A stretch of 56,543 nt of DNA from positions 1-56,543 of the IMG/VR virus record IMGVR_UViG_3300031999_000024; one strand, given 5' to 3'. This stretch comes from a virus (taxonomy: Duplodnaviria; Caudoviricetes). Below, in pieces: positions 9,374-18,619 of this stretch (the first letter of the stretch is position 1; each line of letters opens with the position of its first letter). The notes under the pieces were generated by a model. It was not told the origin of the DNA. It saw only the letters and a program-made list of their open reading frames with translations, and searched no databases. Made by a program: the position numbers and the translations under genes.

Positions 9374-9408
9374 AAAAACCCCCCATCCTAAAAAAGGTGG
9401 GGTTTTGT
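9374..9408. terminator. Probable bidirectional intrinsic terminator
   Basis: aaaaacccccc-atcctaaaaaa-ggtggggttttg between convergent genes. Confidence 0.7.
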
Positions 9409-9409
9409 T

Positions 9410-9694
9410 TTATTTCTCAATCCATTCTTTAATTATCTTAACACCGTCTTCAATATCTTGATAATCTCTGTCAGGAGCATATAATTCACTGATTGGTTCT
9501 GTTTCGGGATTCTCAATTAACATAAATGCCGGTACAAATTCATTCTCTGTAATCTCAACAAACATATTATATTCTTCCTCGTATTCGTCAATATCACGAT
9601 CAACAAAATCAATCCCCTCTTTAACTAACATATCTTTCATATCAACACAATAGGGACATCCTTGCATTGTGAAAACAACTACTACCTTATCCAT
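9410..9694 (-). CDS. Glutaredoxin/NrdH-like protein
   Basis: CPYC active site, VP motif. Confidence 0.88.
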   Translation of the reverse strand: MDKVVVVFTMQGCPYCVDMKDMLVKEGIDFVDRDIDEYEEEYNMFVEITENEFVPAFMLIENPETEPISELYAPDRDYQDIEDGVKIIKEWIEK

Positions 9695-10001
9695 TAATTA
9701 ATTCTTGAACTAACCCTTTTATTTCGTCTTCTTGAAGGACTCCAACTTTGGTTTTTGTCACATCACCTCCATTAATCACTTTAATAGTGGGAACACTTCT
9801 AACTCCTAATTTCACCGCAACATCTCTGTTTTGATCAACATCCATTGTATACATTTGAACATCTGTTGTGTTTTCTAACGCAACTTTTTCAAATATTGGT
9901 TTTATTATCTTGCAGGGCGAACACCAAACGCCATATAGCTCAACGATAACCTTCTCCCCATTTTTAATTTTTTTCTCTAATTCTTTACCTGTAATTTCCA
10001 T
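9687..10001 (-). CDS. trxA: Thioredoxin
   Basis: WCSPCK, MDVD, GVRSVPT. Confidence 0.9.
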   Translation of the reverse strand: MEITGKELEKKIKNGEKVIVELYGVWCSPCKIIKPIFEKVALENTTDVQMYTMDVDQNRDVAVKLGVRSVPTIKVINGGDVTKTKVGVLQEDEIKGLVQELING

Positions 10002-10004
10002 ATT

Positions 10005-10670
10005 TTATATATTTTTCCATCGTTTATTATTTTTAATTGCACTTAAATAACCTTTATTAAATTGTGGGTATATGTCCGATACCTCACCAATTTTAAATCC
10101 TTCTTTGAATTTATTTTTTATTTCTTTTATTAATTCAACTCCATATTTGGAGTTTTTCCTGGTCGTCTCGGTTAATTTATTAACTCGGTTTTCTTTTTTC
10201 TCGTCGGATATTGATCCCCAACCTTTTTTAACTGACATTCTTCTTTTTTCTCGTTCCTCATCGGCTTTGTCACCATATAACTCCTCATAAGTTTTACCTT
10301 TATGTGAATTACCATTTTTAACATTTTCAGAAATTTTTTGTCTTATTTCTGGAGAATGTGTATACCCTAAACACCCTTCACCTCCAAATGTGGAATTTAA
10401 TCCATTATCATATGATTTAAATTCTTTAATATAAAATTTTTCTCTTTCATATATTATAGATATATCACATTCTTCAATTATTTCAACATTAAAATTTTTA
10501 ACACCATATTTTCTTACGGAATTACAAAATTTAGTATTGGAGTCCGTTTTTAAACATCTGTAAATGTGTGCCTCAAATCTTTTTTTTATTGGGTATATGG
10601 TACACCCCACATATTCCTTTTTATTTATTAGATTTGTTATTTTATATATGATACCTTTTTTTACGCTCAT
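10005..10670 (-). CDS. Free-standing GIY-YIG homing endonuclease (Seg-like) with NUMOD3-like segment
   Basis: GIIYKITNLINKKEYVG, ERE.FYI, GLNSTFGGEG, HSPEIRQKIS. The likely start is MSVKK at 10670, after TATTTATA at 10682-10689. Confidence 0.88.
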   Translation of the reverse strand: MSVKKGIIYKITNLINKKEYVGCTIYPIKKRFEAHIYRCLKTDSNTKFCNSVRKYGVKNFNVEIIEECDISIIYEREKFYIKEFKSYDNGLNSTFGGEGCLGYTHSPEIRQKISENVKNGNSHKGKTYEELYGDKADEEREKRRMSVKKGWGSISDEKKENRVNKLTETTRKNSKYGVELIKEIKNKFKEGFKIGEVSDIYPQFNKGYLSAIKNNKRWKNI

Positions 10671-10713
10671 TGGTGTTTTATTATAAATATCACCAAGTTG
10701 CGTAATTTCCATA

Positions 10714-11052
10714 TTATTTTAATCTTGTTAAATTTTTTATGAATAACACCACCTCATCAAGTTGTGTTATGTCGTATATTACTTTTATTTTATAAGTAGT
10801 TTCAATCTCCATTTTAGATAGGTATAAATAGATACCGGCATTATTCCTAAAAATACCTTCAGTGTGGATTAAAGCACCTCCATAAGATTTACTATCAAGA
10901 TACTCAATTGTAAATCGTTTAGTTAATAAAAGTTCGGGTGTAATTGGTATATGATCCATACACTCAATAACACTATAAACCTTATTTGTTTTCCCCAATA
11001 AGGAACTAATAAAGTCATCAATTTTTTTAAAATATTTTATTTCGTTTTCCAT
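10714..11052 (-). CDS. Hypothetical protein
   Basis: 112-aa ORF in the operon. Confidence 0.75.
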   Translation of the reverse strand: MENEIKYFKKIDDFISSLLGKTNKVYSVIECMDHIPITPELLLTKRFTIEYLDSKSYGGALIHTEGIFRNNAGIYLYLSKMEIETTYKIKVIYDITQLDEVVLFIKNLTRLK

Positions 11053-11058
11053 ATTATT

Positions 11059-11382
11059 TTAAATTATAGGTGTCCTCCAACTGAATGAAATAGGTGAAAT
11101 CACAACTCCTGGTATGTATTCCCCTAAATTATAGGTATCCTCCAACCATACCTTTAATAACTCACTGATTTCCGAATGTTTCATAATAAAAACGGATTCC
11201 AAAAATAACCAAATTCTATCGTAATTAGAATAAATATGTCTACTTTTTTGACTATTATGGTAATGAACAAATAAAGGTAACCTATCTTTATCAACATAAA
11301 ATGTTCTATCATCGTTAACCACCGAAGTAAGATTACCAAACTCCTTGTTCAACCACTTTAATATGATTTTTTGTTTATTCAT
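11059..11382 (-). CDS. Paralogue family member A (variable C-terminus between direct repeats)
   Basis: Highly similar to 11389..11718; ends WLEDTYNL-GEYIPGVVISPISF-SWRTPII. Confidence 0.85.
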   Translation of the reverse strand: MNKQKIILKWLNKEFGNLTSVVNDDRTFYVDKDRLPLFVHYHNSQKSRHIYSNYDRIWLFLESVFIMKHSEISELLKVWLEDTYNLGEYIPGVVISPISFSWRTPII

Positions 11383-11476
11383 AATATTTTAAATTATAGG
11401 TATCCTCCAACTAAAACAAATTGAAATGAACGTAATTTGTGGTGTGACTCCCCTTAAATTATAGGTATCCTCCAAC
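11060..11476. repeat. Four copies of taaattataggt(a/g)tcctccaac, arranged as two pairs each with a 65-bp period
   Basis: Copies at about 11060-11081, 11125-11146, 11390-11411 and 11455-11476. Confidence 0.92.
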
Positions 11477-11718
11477 CATACCTTTAACAACTCACGGATT
11501 TCTAAATACTCCATACTAAAAACAGATTCCAAAAATAACCAAATTCTATCGTAATTAATGTAAACCCACCCATTTTTTTCATCCTGGTGATAATAAAACA
11601 AAGGTAAATTGTTTTCGTCAACATAATATGTTCTATCGCCACTAACTACCGGGGTTAGTCCACCAAACTCCTTATTCAACCATTTAACTATAATTTTTTG
11701 TTTATTCATAATCACCAA
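11389..11718 (-). CDS. Paralogue family member B (variable C-terminus between direct repeats)
   Basis: Tandem duplicate of A; ends WLEDTYNL-RGVTPQITFISICF-SWRIPII. The true start is probably MNKQK. Confidence 0.85.
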   Translation of the reverse strand: MVIMNKQKIIVKWLNKEFGGLTPVVSGDRTYYVDENNLPLFYYHQDEKNGWVYINYDRIWLFLESVFSMEYLEIRELLKVWLEDTYNLRGVTPQITFISICFSWRIPII

Positions 11719-11745
11719 AAAAAGGAGGGTGATTAACCCTCCGTT
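11717..11745 (-). terminator. Intrinsic terminator downstream of the DUF932 gene
   Basis: Stem ggagggt/accctcc with an A-run on plus, giving a U-tract on minus. Confidence 0.7.
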
Positions 11746-11749
11746 ATTT

Positions 11750-12505
11750 TTAAATCATTTCTTCAGCCAGTTCCCAAAGTTTTGTGTTGATGTTGTTTAC
11801 CGTCAAGATACTTTTAAGATTTCGTAATTTTGACTTTCTTCCTGTTTTAGTTCGGTAGTCAAACCCCCCTCTTACAAACTTCTCCTGAACCACATTGAAT
11901 GTTGTCCACAAGTCATTCTTATTGTCTTCCACACGATTTGGTGTAAGGATGTCAACAAGTTGGTTATCACTTGGGATTGAACCCTCTGCCCATCGGATTT
12001 TTGATGCTTTCTGAACATACTGAATTTGTTCGTCAATTGTAAGTTCTCTCTCCATCATTCGTCCAACAGATCCTTGGATTATTGGTAATTTTTTTGAGAA
12101 CCCGTCCATCAATCGTTTAACATCATCAAGTTCAAAACCACTGTGTCTAACATTGAATTTTTCCGCCACTGATGTCGGAACCACAAGTCCATTGGAACAC
12201 ACTAGTCTGTGTAATCCCGCACTTACCGAAAAGGTTGACATACCATTGTGTGAGTTTCTTACAATTGCCTCAACCAATGTGTCTCCAACCGCAGGAAGTT
12301 GTCCGTGACGGAATTTAAGTTGGTGAGTTGCGTGAATACCTCTACCTGTTTGACTAACATCAGAAATTTCCCATCCTTCACGATCAAAATATTCAATTAC
12401 TTGATCAGTTGGGACAAAAACATATTTGTCTGATAATTTGTTAGATGCCGAGGTAGCGAACACTGAAGGTGCTACGGATTTGATAAGTTCTGGTGTATAA
12501 ATCAT
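11750..12505 (-). CDS. DUF932 family protein
   Basis: NSHNG....SAGLHRLVCSNGLV and DLWTTFNVVQE motifs. Confidence 0.85.
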   Translation of the reverse strand: MIYTPELIKSVAPSVFATSASNKLSDKYVFVPTDQVIEYFDREGWEISDVSQTGRGIHATHQLKFRHGQLPAVGDTLVEAIVRNSHNGMSTFSVSAGLHRLVCSNGLVVPTSVAEKFNVRHSGFELDDVKRLMDGFSKKLPIIQGSVGRMMERELTIDEQIQYVQKASKIRWAEGSIPSDNQLVDILTPNRVEDNKNDLWTTFNVVQEKFVRGGFDYRTKTGRKSKLRNLKSILTVNNINTKLWELAEEMI

Positions 12506-12528
12506 AATGTCTATTTTTAATTACATCA

Positions 12529-12559
12529 CAAAGATAGTAATTAATCTTTAATATCCAAA
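12529..12559 (-). promoter_or_regulatory. Bacteroidota-type sigma70 promoter (TTTG-N19-TATCTTTG)
   Basis: On minus, TTTG at 12559-12556, a 19-nt spacer, then TATCTTTG at 12536-12529, upstream of DUF932. Confidence 0.8.
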
Positions 12560-12571
12560 TATGAAATGAAA

Positions 12572-12868
12572 TTAATTCAAAATAATATCACCAAATTTTG
12601 TTTTCTGAATAAAACCCTCCACAACTTGTTTGGGATTTAAATTTTCAGATATTTCCGGTATTTTAAGTTCCACAACAATATCAATGATTTGATTTTTAGT
12701 TAAAACAATGTCCTCACCTTTCTTGTGGTTTTCCTCACACTTTTGTCTTAATTTCTGATAAAACTCTTCTTTCTGAATGTTACCAACCAAATCAATTAAA
12801 TCGTTTGGGTTATTCTCAAAGAAATTAATTAATTGTGAAACATAAATTTCAATGTCAACATTGCTCAT
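12572..12868 (-). CDS. Hypothetical protein
   Basis: 98-aa ORF. Confidence 0.75.
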   Translation of the reverse strand: MSNVDIEIYVSQLINFFENNPNDLIDLVGNIQKEEFYQKLRQKCEENHKKGEDIVLTKNQIIDIVVELKIPEISENLNPKQVVEGFIQKTKFGDIILN

Positions 12869-12883
12869 ATATATGGTTTTAAA

Positions 12884-14728
12884 TTAATCTACCGAAATAA
12901 CATAAACACCTTCAGATTCCTCCACCATTTTTTCTTTCAATCTTTCAGGTATTACCATACTTGGATTTGATCCTGACAATGTGATAAGCTCCAAAAGTTC
13001 TAAATCCGATAAAGATGTTGGTAAAGATTGTAAGTTTTTATTTCGTTGTAATGTTAAGAACGATAAACTTTCCATTTGCCCCATTTCTTCAGGTAATGTT
13101 TTTACACAGTTTTCAAGAACCAATGCCATCATATTTTTGAATTTACCAATACTTGGTGGTATATCCAAATCAAGGCTATCTTGTGAGGTATTATTAATAG
13201 TTAAAAATTGAATATTATCGGATAAGTTTTCAAACAATTCTTCAAATCCAAATAACGCAATGTATTTGGATGACGCATCATTTGGATATGTTATCTTAAC
13301 AAGTGTATCTCCTTCCGCAGACAATTGTCCAGCGTATTTAACCTTCAATTCTTCTTTAAGGTTTCTCATTGTCGGCATATTGATTAATGCAATATCAGCA
13401 GTTGTTAGATTAGACAAAGTTTTAGTTCTCAAAGAATCAATCTTTCTTGCCAAATAATATTTAACAACATCAGGTTCAGAATTTGTAATCATATCACCTG
13501 TCAAGTCCATACCCAAAGAAATGTATTTCTTTTTAAGTTCTGCCGGTAAGTTAATATAAACTCTCGGTTTGTTAGTTAAGTTTGGACTAGCAATTTCCAA
13601 CCAAAATTCAGCGTCTTCAACTGAACCAAGTTCTTGAACCGCATCCTCATTCACATTGATATTTTTATATCTTCTTAATAATTCCTTTTCTCTGTCAGTA
13701 AGTGGGTCAGCAGTGAATAAATTTTCTTTATCCGCTAGTTTCGGAACTTTTGAAGATATTACATCCCAACTTTCAGTTTTATGTCCCGAGAATCCTCCCG
13801 CCATATTTTTACCATCGGCAATTCTTTTTCTTCCATATTCATCAACCAAGATAACCACCGCAAAGTTTAAATCGTCAAATGATTTGTCTTTATCAATAAC
13901 ATAATAAAGTGTTAGGTTGTTTTCCAAACGATAGTTGTAGTATAAGTTACCACCACCAACTCTTGATGTACACCAAGGTCTTCCGTGTGCTAATCTAATA
14001 CATTGTTCTTTACCATTTGGTTTGAAGATGTATAAATTATCTTCATCGTAAATGTTTTCTATTCCTTGAAAGTCGTCACCTTTCTTTTGTGGTACATCGT
14101 CACCATCAGGTAAGTGATCCAATGATGCTTCTAAATCATCAAATGACATTAACATAATTGGTGGAGTATTAGGTTCCAATCTATCGTATAAATCAACATA
14201 TCTTTCAATATATGAAAGGATTTGTTCATTTGTTAAATCATTTCTTTCTCTTTTAAATTTTTCAAAAGCCGCTTTAGTAATAAGTCCCCCAAATTTATTT
14301 TGGATTAACTCAACCAATCTTAAATAAGGATATTTCATAATATCTCTATTTGGTTCAGGTAAATAATCTCTTATCTCCAAAAATTTCTTAATCATTGATT
14401 TAACTTGTCTTTGATCAGAACCTTTACCAGGACCTTTCATATATGTCTTATATATATCACCTTCTTCTTTCTTAACCCTTTTAGATTGGATTAAAGATTT
14501 AAGTTGATCATATGTATATTTTGTAATGTCTCTTTTGTCGGATGCCAATCCGTTTTTATATTTGTCAAAATCGTTAATATAACTTTTAATGTCGTCCTCC
14601 GAATCTTCAGTTCCTTCTTGGAATTTAACAACAAGTTGATTCATTAATTTATTTGATATTTCCGTTAACCTAAATCTTGGATCAACATTTTCCACTATTA
14701 CTGATGATAAAATTTTTACTAATTTCAT
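12884..14728 (-). CDS. Large protein with MKLVKILSSVIVE leader, central PWCTS domain and C-terminal LRRs
   Basis: C-terminal IPPSIGKFKNM, LPEEMGQMESL, LPTSLSDLELL; TATTTATA at 14742-14749. Confidence 0.85.
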   Translation of the reverse strand: MKLVKILSSVIVENVDPRFRLTEISNKLMNQLVVKFQEGTEDSEDDIKSYINDFDKYKNGLASDKRDITKYTYDQLKSLIQSKRVKKEEGDIYKTYMKGPGKGSDQRQVKSMIKKFLEIRDYLPEPNRDIMKYPYLRLVELIQNKFGGLITKAAFEKFKRERNDLTNEQILSYIERYVDLYDRLEPNTPPIMLMSFDDLEASLDHLPDGDDVPQKKGDDFQGIENIYDEDNLYIFKPNGKEQCIRLAHGRPWCTSRVGGGNLYYNYRLENNLTLYYVIDKDKSFDDLNFAVVILVDEYGRKRIADGKNMAGGFSGHKTESWDVISSKVPKLADKENLFTADPLTDREKELLRRYKNINVNEDAVQELGSVEDAEFWLEIASPNLTNKPRVYINLPAELKKKYISLGMDLTGDMITNSEPDVVKYYLARKIDSLRTKTLSNLTTADIALINMPTMRNLKEELKVKYAGQLSAEGDTLVKITYPNDASSKYIALFGFEELFENLSDNIQFLTINNTSQDSLDLDIPPSIGKFKNMMALVLENCVKTLPEEMGQMESLSFLTLQRNKNLQSLPTSLSDLELLELITLSGSNPSMVIPERLKEKMVEESEGVYVISVD

Positions 14729-14777
14729 TTGATGTTTTTACTATAAATATTACAATAATTAAAAATGGACGAATTAA

Positions 14778-15617
14778 TTAATAATTCATTATGAGAAGTT
14801 CCTCACCCATATTTTGTTTGGTTCCTTTTTTTGCCGCCGCAGCCTTTGCAAACTCCTTTCTTTCCCACCTGTATATGTTGTCAGGAAAGAAAAAATGTAA
14901 TTGTTCAAAGTCATAATAAGATAAACTAAATTTACCCTGAACCCCATTTAATACATTTGCCAACCTTTCGTGATCTTTTCTGTCAAAGTCGTGGTTTGAA
15001 TAATAATTCTCTGTTTTCCAATAAGGTGGATCAACATAAAAATATGTGTTCGGTGAATCATATTTTTTAATCACATCCTCAAAATCCATATTCTCAACAT
15101 CGGTAATTTTTAAAAAATGTTCAATCCAATCAGGTTTTGACAATTTATCTCTAAATGTTAAATACTTTGATTTATACTTACCCTTTAAATCAATAAATGA
15201 ACTTGTTTCAGGTTTACTACCACTAAAAACTTGTGTTAGAATGTAAACATATTTCGCAGCAACCTCATAATTACCAGGTTCTACGCTGAAACCTTCACCA
15301 AAAATTTCAGCCTGAAACCTGATAAATTGTTCTTTGCAAATTGGGGGTGTAGGAAATTCACCAAATTTTTGACACTCAATCGCATTAATCGCATTCAATA
15401 ATTCTGTTGGGTTTTGAATACACTTGAATAAATTGTAGTTTAGTGGATTAAAGTCATTGTAAACAACTTTTTTTAGATTTGGAAATTGTTTTAAATCCAT
15501 ATTAAAGAAACACCAATACATGCCACCGAAGCACTCAACATATGTTTCCATATTTTTATCATAGAAAGGGACTATCCACTTTCCAATCTTACTCTTACCT
15601 CCAATGTATGAAACCAT
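14778..15617 (-). CDS. dam: DNA adenine methyltransferase (Dam/D12 class)
   Basis: YIGGKS, YNDFN, YVDPPY, ELLIMNY. Confidence 0.9.
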   Translation of the reverse strand: MVSYIGGKSKIGKWIVPFYDKNMETYVECFGGMYWCFFNMDLKQFPNLKKVVYNDFNPLNYNLFKCIQNPTELLNAINAIECQKFGEFPTPPICKEQFIRFQAEIFGEGFSVEPGNYEVAAKYVYILTQVFSGSKPETSSFIDLKGKYKSKYLTFRDKLSKPDWIEHFLKITDVENMDFEDVIKKYDSPNTYFYVDPPYWKTENYYSNHDFDRKDHERLANVLNGVQGKFSLSYYDFEQLHFFFPDNIYRWERKEFAKAAAAKKGTKQNMGEELLIMNY

Positions 15618-15691
15618 AATATTATTTTTCTTTGTTTAAAGATAGGATATTTATCTTTATCTGTCAATAAAAAGTTTTTTTTAAAAAAAGT

Positions 15692-15722
15692 TTTGGCAGA
15701 ACCAAAAACTTCACTATCTTTG
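15692..15722 (+). promoter_or_regulatory. Bacteroidota-type sigma70 promoter (TTTG-N19-TATCTTTG)
   Basis: TTTG at 15692-15695 and TATCTTTG at 15715-15722. Confidence 0.8.
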
Positions 15723-15725
15723 TAT

Positions 15726-15880
15726 CGTTGATGTGATTGAGTAATCAATGTTATCAACAGGTTGTCAGAATCCTATTAAACAAACTGACCACTAATGACT
15801 GGGTGAATCGGTCTGGGTTGATTACCCCAATTTTAGGAATGAAATAATTGTAACCCCGTCCCAAAAAGATGGGGTTTTCT
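15726..15880 (+). ncRNA. Candidate structured small RNA (about 150 nt)
   Basis: Lies between a consensus promoter and a terminator, forms several hairpins, and its longest ATG-started ORF is 15 codons. Confidence 0.5.
15852..15880 (+). terminator. Intrinsic terminator
   Basis: aaccccgtc-ccaaaaa-gatggggtt followed by ttct. Confidence 0.75.
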
Positions 15881-15895
15881 TATATTTATAATAAT

Positions 15896-16387
15896 ATGAA
15901 ATTATTATCAATATTTAAAAATTTAATATCCGAATCCGTATTCGTTAAAAAATTTCATTATGGTAGTCAACCTATTGAAATAGTTAAAACTTACGAATCG
16001 TTAAGATCGTCATCAAATACAGGTGAATTTGTTAGGGTGTTTCCAGATGAAATATTGGATTCAATGTCGGATATTTATGATGTTATTATTGATCAAGCAC
16101 ACGATGTCCTTATTTCTTGTAAAAATAGATGTTCACTTCTTATTCGTGATTACAGGTTTGGATTAGATTTTGACTACCAATTATTTATCAATTATAAAGA
16201 AAAGGACAATATTCTCAAATTCACAATTAACACATCTATTAGACATCCAAAAAAATTATATAACAACCATCAAAAAACTCGTGAAATTCTAATCACCAAA
16301 AATGATAGTATTATTATTAGAGAAGATTTTGATTTAAATCACTTTACTAAAATTGTTAAAGGTGATATCATTATCTATATTATTTAA
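15896..16387 (+). CDS. Hypothetical protein with MKLLSIFKNLISE leader
   Basis: The ATG at 15896 follows TATTTATA (15883-15890). The track start at 15869 lies inside the terminator. Confidence 0.8.
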   Translation: MKLLSIFKNLISESVFVKKFHYGSQPIEIVKTYESLRSSSNTGEFVRVFPDEILDSMSDIYDVIIDQAHDVLISCKNRCSLLIRDYRFGLDFDYQLFINYKEKDNILKFTINTSIRHPKKLYNNHQKTREILITKNDSIIIREDFDLNHFTKIVKGDIIIYII

Positions 16388-16390
16388 ATT

Positions 16391-16567
16391 ATGGAACAAG
16401 AATTAGAACAACCAAAAGATGAAGCAACTCAAGTTAAAGGGTGTAAACAATGTAAAAAAGGTATGAGTAAAACTCAATGGGGATTACTAATATTTTCATT
16501 ATATATGTTTGGTTCCGGTATTTACGGAACCTACCATATAGTTAAAGACATTATTTCTTTATTTTAA
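16391..16567 (+). CDS. Small membrane protein with CxxC (58 aa, not in the ORF track)
   Basis: MEQELEQPKDEATQVKGCKQCKKGMSKTQWGLLIFSLYMFGSGIYGTYHIVKDIISLF*. Confidence 0.7.
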   Translation: MEQELEQPKDEATQVKGCKQCKKGMSKTQWGLLIFSLYMFGSGIYGTYHIVKDIISLF

Positions 16568-17481
16568 TCCCTTTCAAATCTTACGTGTTGGTTAACCAAC
16601 AAATCACCTACCATCTCACCTTTAAACCCTTTTGATTTAACTCTTAAGGGTTTTGTTGTATCAAATACCTTTGGAAACTTCAATCTTACAGTCCCATCAG
16701 GATGTGGGATTTCAAAATCACTGTTTTTCAAATCTTCCAATGTGAAATATACATTATACACCAAATGTGGTCCGTATTTCTCAAAATTATTATCTGAAAC
16801 CAACTTGATTCTAACCACTAAATTACCGTAAACTCCATTTCTAAAATCACCAATACCTTGTAGTCGTATGAATTGTCCTTCATCAATACCTACAGGTAAT
16901 TGAACCTCCACAGTTTTCATTTCGTCTTTAGTTCCCGCACCGTTACAAATATGACAAGGATTTGTGATAACCTGTCCTTGCCCTGAACAAGTGTTACAAG
17001 CAGCCTGAACCATCTGTATATACATTCCTGACCCCATTTGTTTGATAATAAAACCTTGTCCGTTACAAGTGGGACATATTGTTTTTTCACCACCCCCACC
17101 ATTACAAGGATCACATTTTAGTTTTCTCTTATATGTAAATTCTTTTTTCGCACCTAAATACGATTCGGTTACATTTAATTCGGTATCAATTACTAAATCG
17201 TGAACTCTATTTTGTTGTCTACCACCAAATGTCTGATTAAACATATTTCGGAGAGCTTCCTCGTGCCCACCAAATGGATTATTTCTTCTTACATCATATT
17301 CTTTTCGTTTGTTTTCATCACCGATCGTATCATACGCCTCGCTAATTTTTTTAAACAGTTCTTCATCACCACCAACATCGGGATGATTCTCTTTTGCCAA
17401 TTTACGATACACTTTTTTAATCTCATCTTGAGTTGAGGTTTCAGGAACCCCTAATATGTCGTAATAATTTTGATTATTCAT
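16564..17481 (-). CDS. dnaJ: DnaJ chaperone
   Basis: J-domain HPD, four CxxCxGxG repeats and a C-terminal domain. Confidence 0.95.
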   Translation of the reverse strand: MNNQNYYDILGVPETSTQDEIKKVYRKLAKENHPDVGGDEELFKKISEAYDTIGDENKRKEYDVRRNNPFGGHEEALRNMFNQTFGGRQQNRVHDLVIDTELNVTESYLGAKKEFTYKRKLKCDPCNGGGGEKTICPTCNGQGFIIKQMGSGMYIQMVQAACNTCSGQGQVITNPCHICNGAGTKDEMKTVEVQLPVGIDEGQFIRLQGIGDFRNGVYGNLVVRIKLVSDNNFEKYGPHLVYNVYFTLEDLKNSDFEIPHPDGTVRLKFPKVFDTTKPLRVKSKGFKGEMVGDLLVNQHVRFERD

Positions 17482-17525
17482 TTATACAGTATTTTGGTTA
17501 TATTTAATTACAAAGATATTAAAAA

Positions 17526-18164
17526 ATGGACAATTTTACAATTGTATTATTCAAAAATAAGGTAAAAAAGAAAATTATAAAGAAATTTAAAACTAAAACC
17601 AGAGCAACAAAGTTTTATAAAACTTTAATTGAGGAGAATAAAGAAGTGTTTTTTGGTGTTGAAACTGAAAACGGGAAACAGTGCAAGTATGAAATCGCAT
17701 TGGTTTCAAGAATGACTGACTCAAACCCCTACTTCGTTAGAGATGAATACGGTAGAACAATAAAGATTGAGATGGAGGATCCTGATTTTATGATCCTTGA
17801 AATTAACTCGTATAATAAAGAGGAAATGTTGTTTGATATTAAGAACTCAAAACGAATTAGTGTTCCGGAGTTTTTAAGGAAATATCTACCCAAAGTTGGG
17901 GTTAAATTATTATCAAAAATAAATAATAAGATTGTTGTTCAACGAGATAGTGATATAAATTTATTCTCACTAAAGAGTGAAGATGATTGTGATAGATTTG
18001 TTGATGGTATTTCTAATTATATGATGGATGGGGGTAGAATAGATACGATTATAGTTAAAGATTCTTCACAACATCAAAAGAAATATCTTTACGATTTGTT
18101 AAATGAAAATGGTATTTCTAAATCAAAATTATATAGAAGGTTCACCACCTATAGAAGAGAATAA
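17526..18164 (+). CDS. Hypothetical protein
   Basis: 212-aa ORF divergent from dnaJ. Confidence 0.8.
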   Translation: MDNFTIVLFKNKVKKKIIKKFKTKTRATKFYKTLIEENKEVFFGVETENGKQCKYEIALVSRMTDSNPYFVRDEYGRTIKIEMEDPDFMILEINSYNKEEMLFDIKNSKRISVPEFLRKYLPKVGVKLLSKINNKIVVQRDSDINLFSLKSEDDCDRFVDGISNYMMDGGRIDTIIVKDSSQHQKKYLYDLLNENGISKSKLYRRFTTYRRE

Positions 18165-18446
18165 TCTTCTGATGAAATGTTTTTTTACGGGTTTTTCAAT
18201 TGGTTTTGAATCCTCATATTGATGTCCCTCCAAAATAAAAACCATCTCAACACCTGACATATCAATTTTAAACTTTTTATGTCCTTGATCTATTTGTCTA
18301 AAATGTCCCAACACTTTTTTAAAATCTTCATTATTTAATTCAAAAAGCATTGCGGATTTTCCTTCGGGGAACATAGATAATGTAGCATCAGAAATTAACG
18401 CTAGTTTCTCCATTATCCCAATAACATTTTCTTCAGTTTCTGCCAT
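18129..18446 (-). CDS. Hypothetical protein
   Basis: 105-aa ORF in an overlapping chain. Confidence 0.7.
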   Translation of the reverse strand: MAETEENVIGIMEKLALISDATLSMFPEGKSAMLFELNNEDFKKVLGHFRQIDQGHKKFKIDMSGVEMVFILEGHQYEDSKPIEKPVKKHFIRRLFSSIGGEPSI

Positions 18447-18619
18447 AGTGTTAATTTAACTTCATTTGTTTTGTTGGGGATTATGTCATCCTTCTTAAAA
18501 TTTTTTATCTCATTTAAAAATTTTAACTTGTCAAGTTCAATCTCTTTTTGATCTTTTTTAATCTCGTTCTTCAACCAATCCTGCATCCCTTCCAGTTGGT
18601 TCAGCGGTTTCTTCATCAT
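18413..18619 (-). CDS. Hypothetical protein
   Basis: 68-aa ORF overlapping both neighbours. Confidence 0.6.
   Translation of the reverse strand: MMKKPLNQLEGMQDWLKNEIKKDQKEIELDKLKFLNEIKNFKKDDIIPNKTNEVKLTLWQKLKKMLLG

Noticed and set aside
11060-11476. Mini-CRISPR array (23-bp repeat, 42-bp spacer)
   Set aside because: The repeats lie inside coding sequence, the two spacers are homologous to each other, the repeat is not palindromic and no cas operon is present. Kept as a variable-cassette finding instead.
15726-15880. tRNA or tmRNA
   Set aside because: No cloverleaf, no GTTC T-loop and no CCA end were visible.
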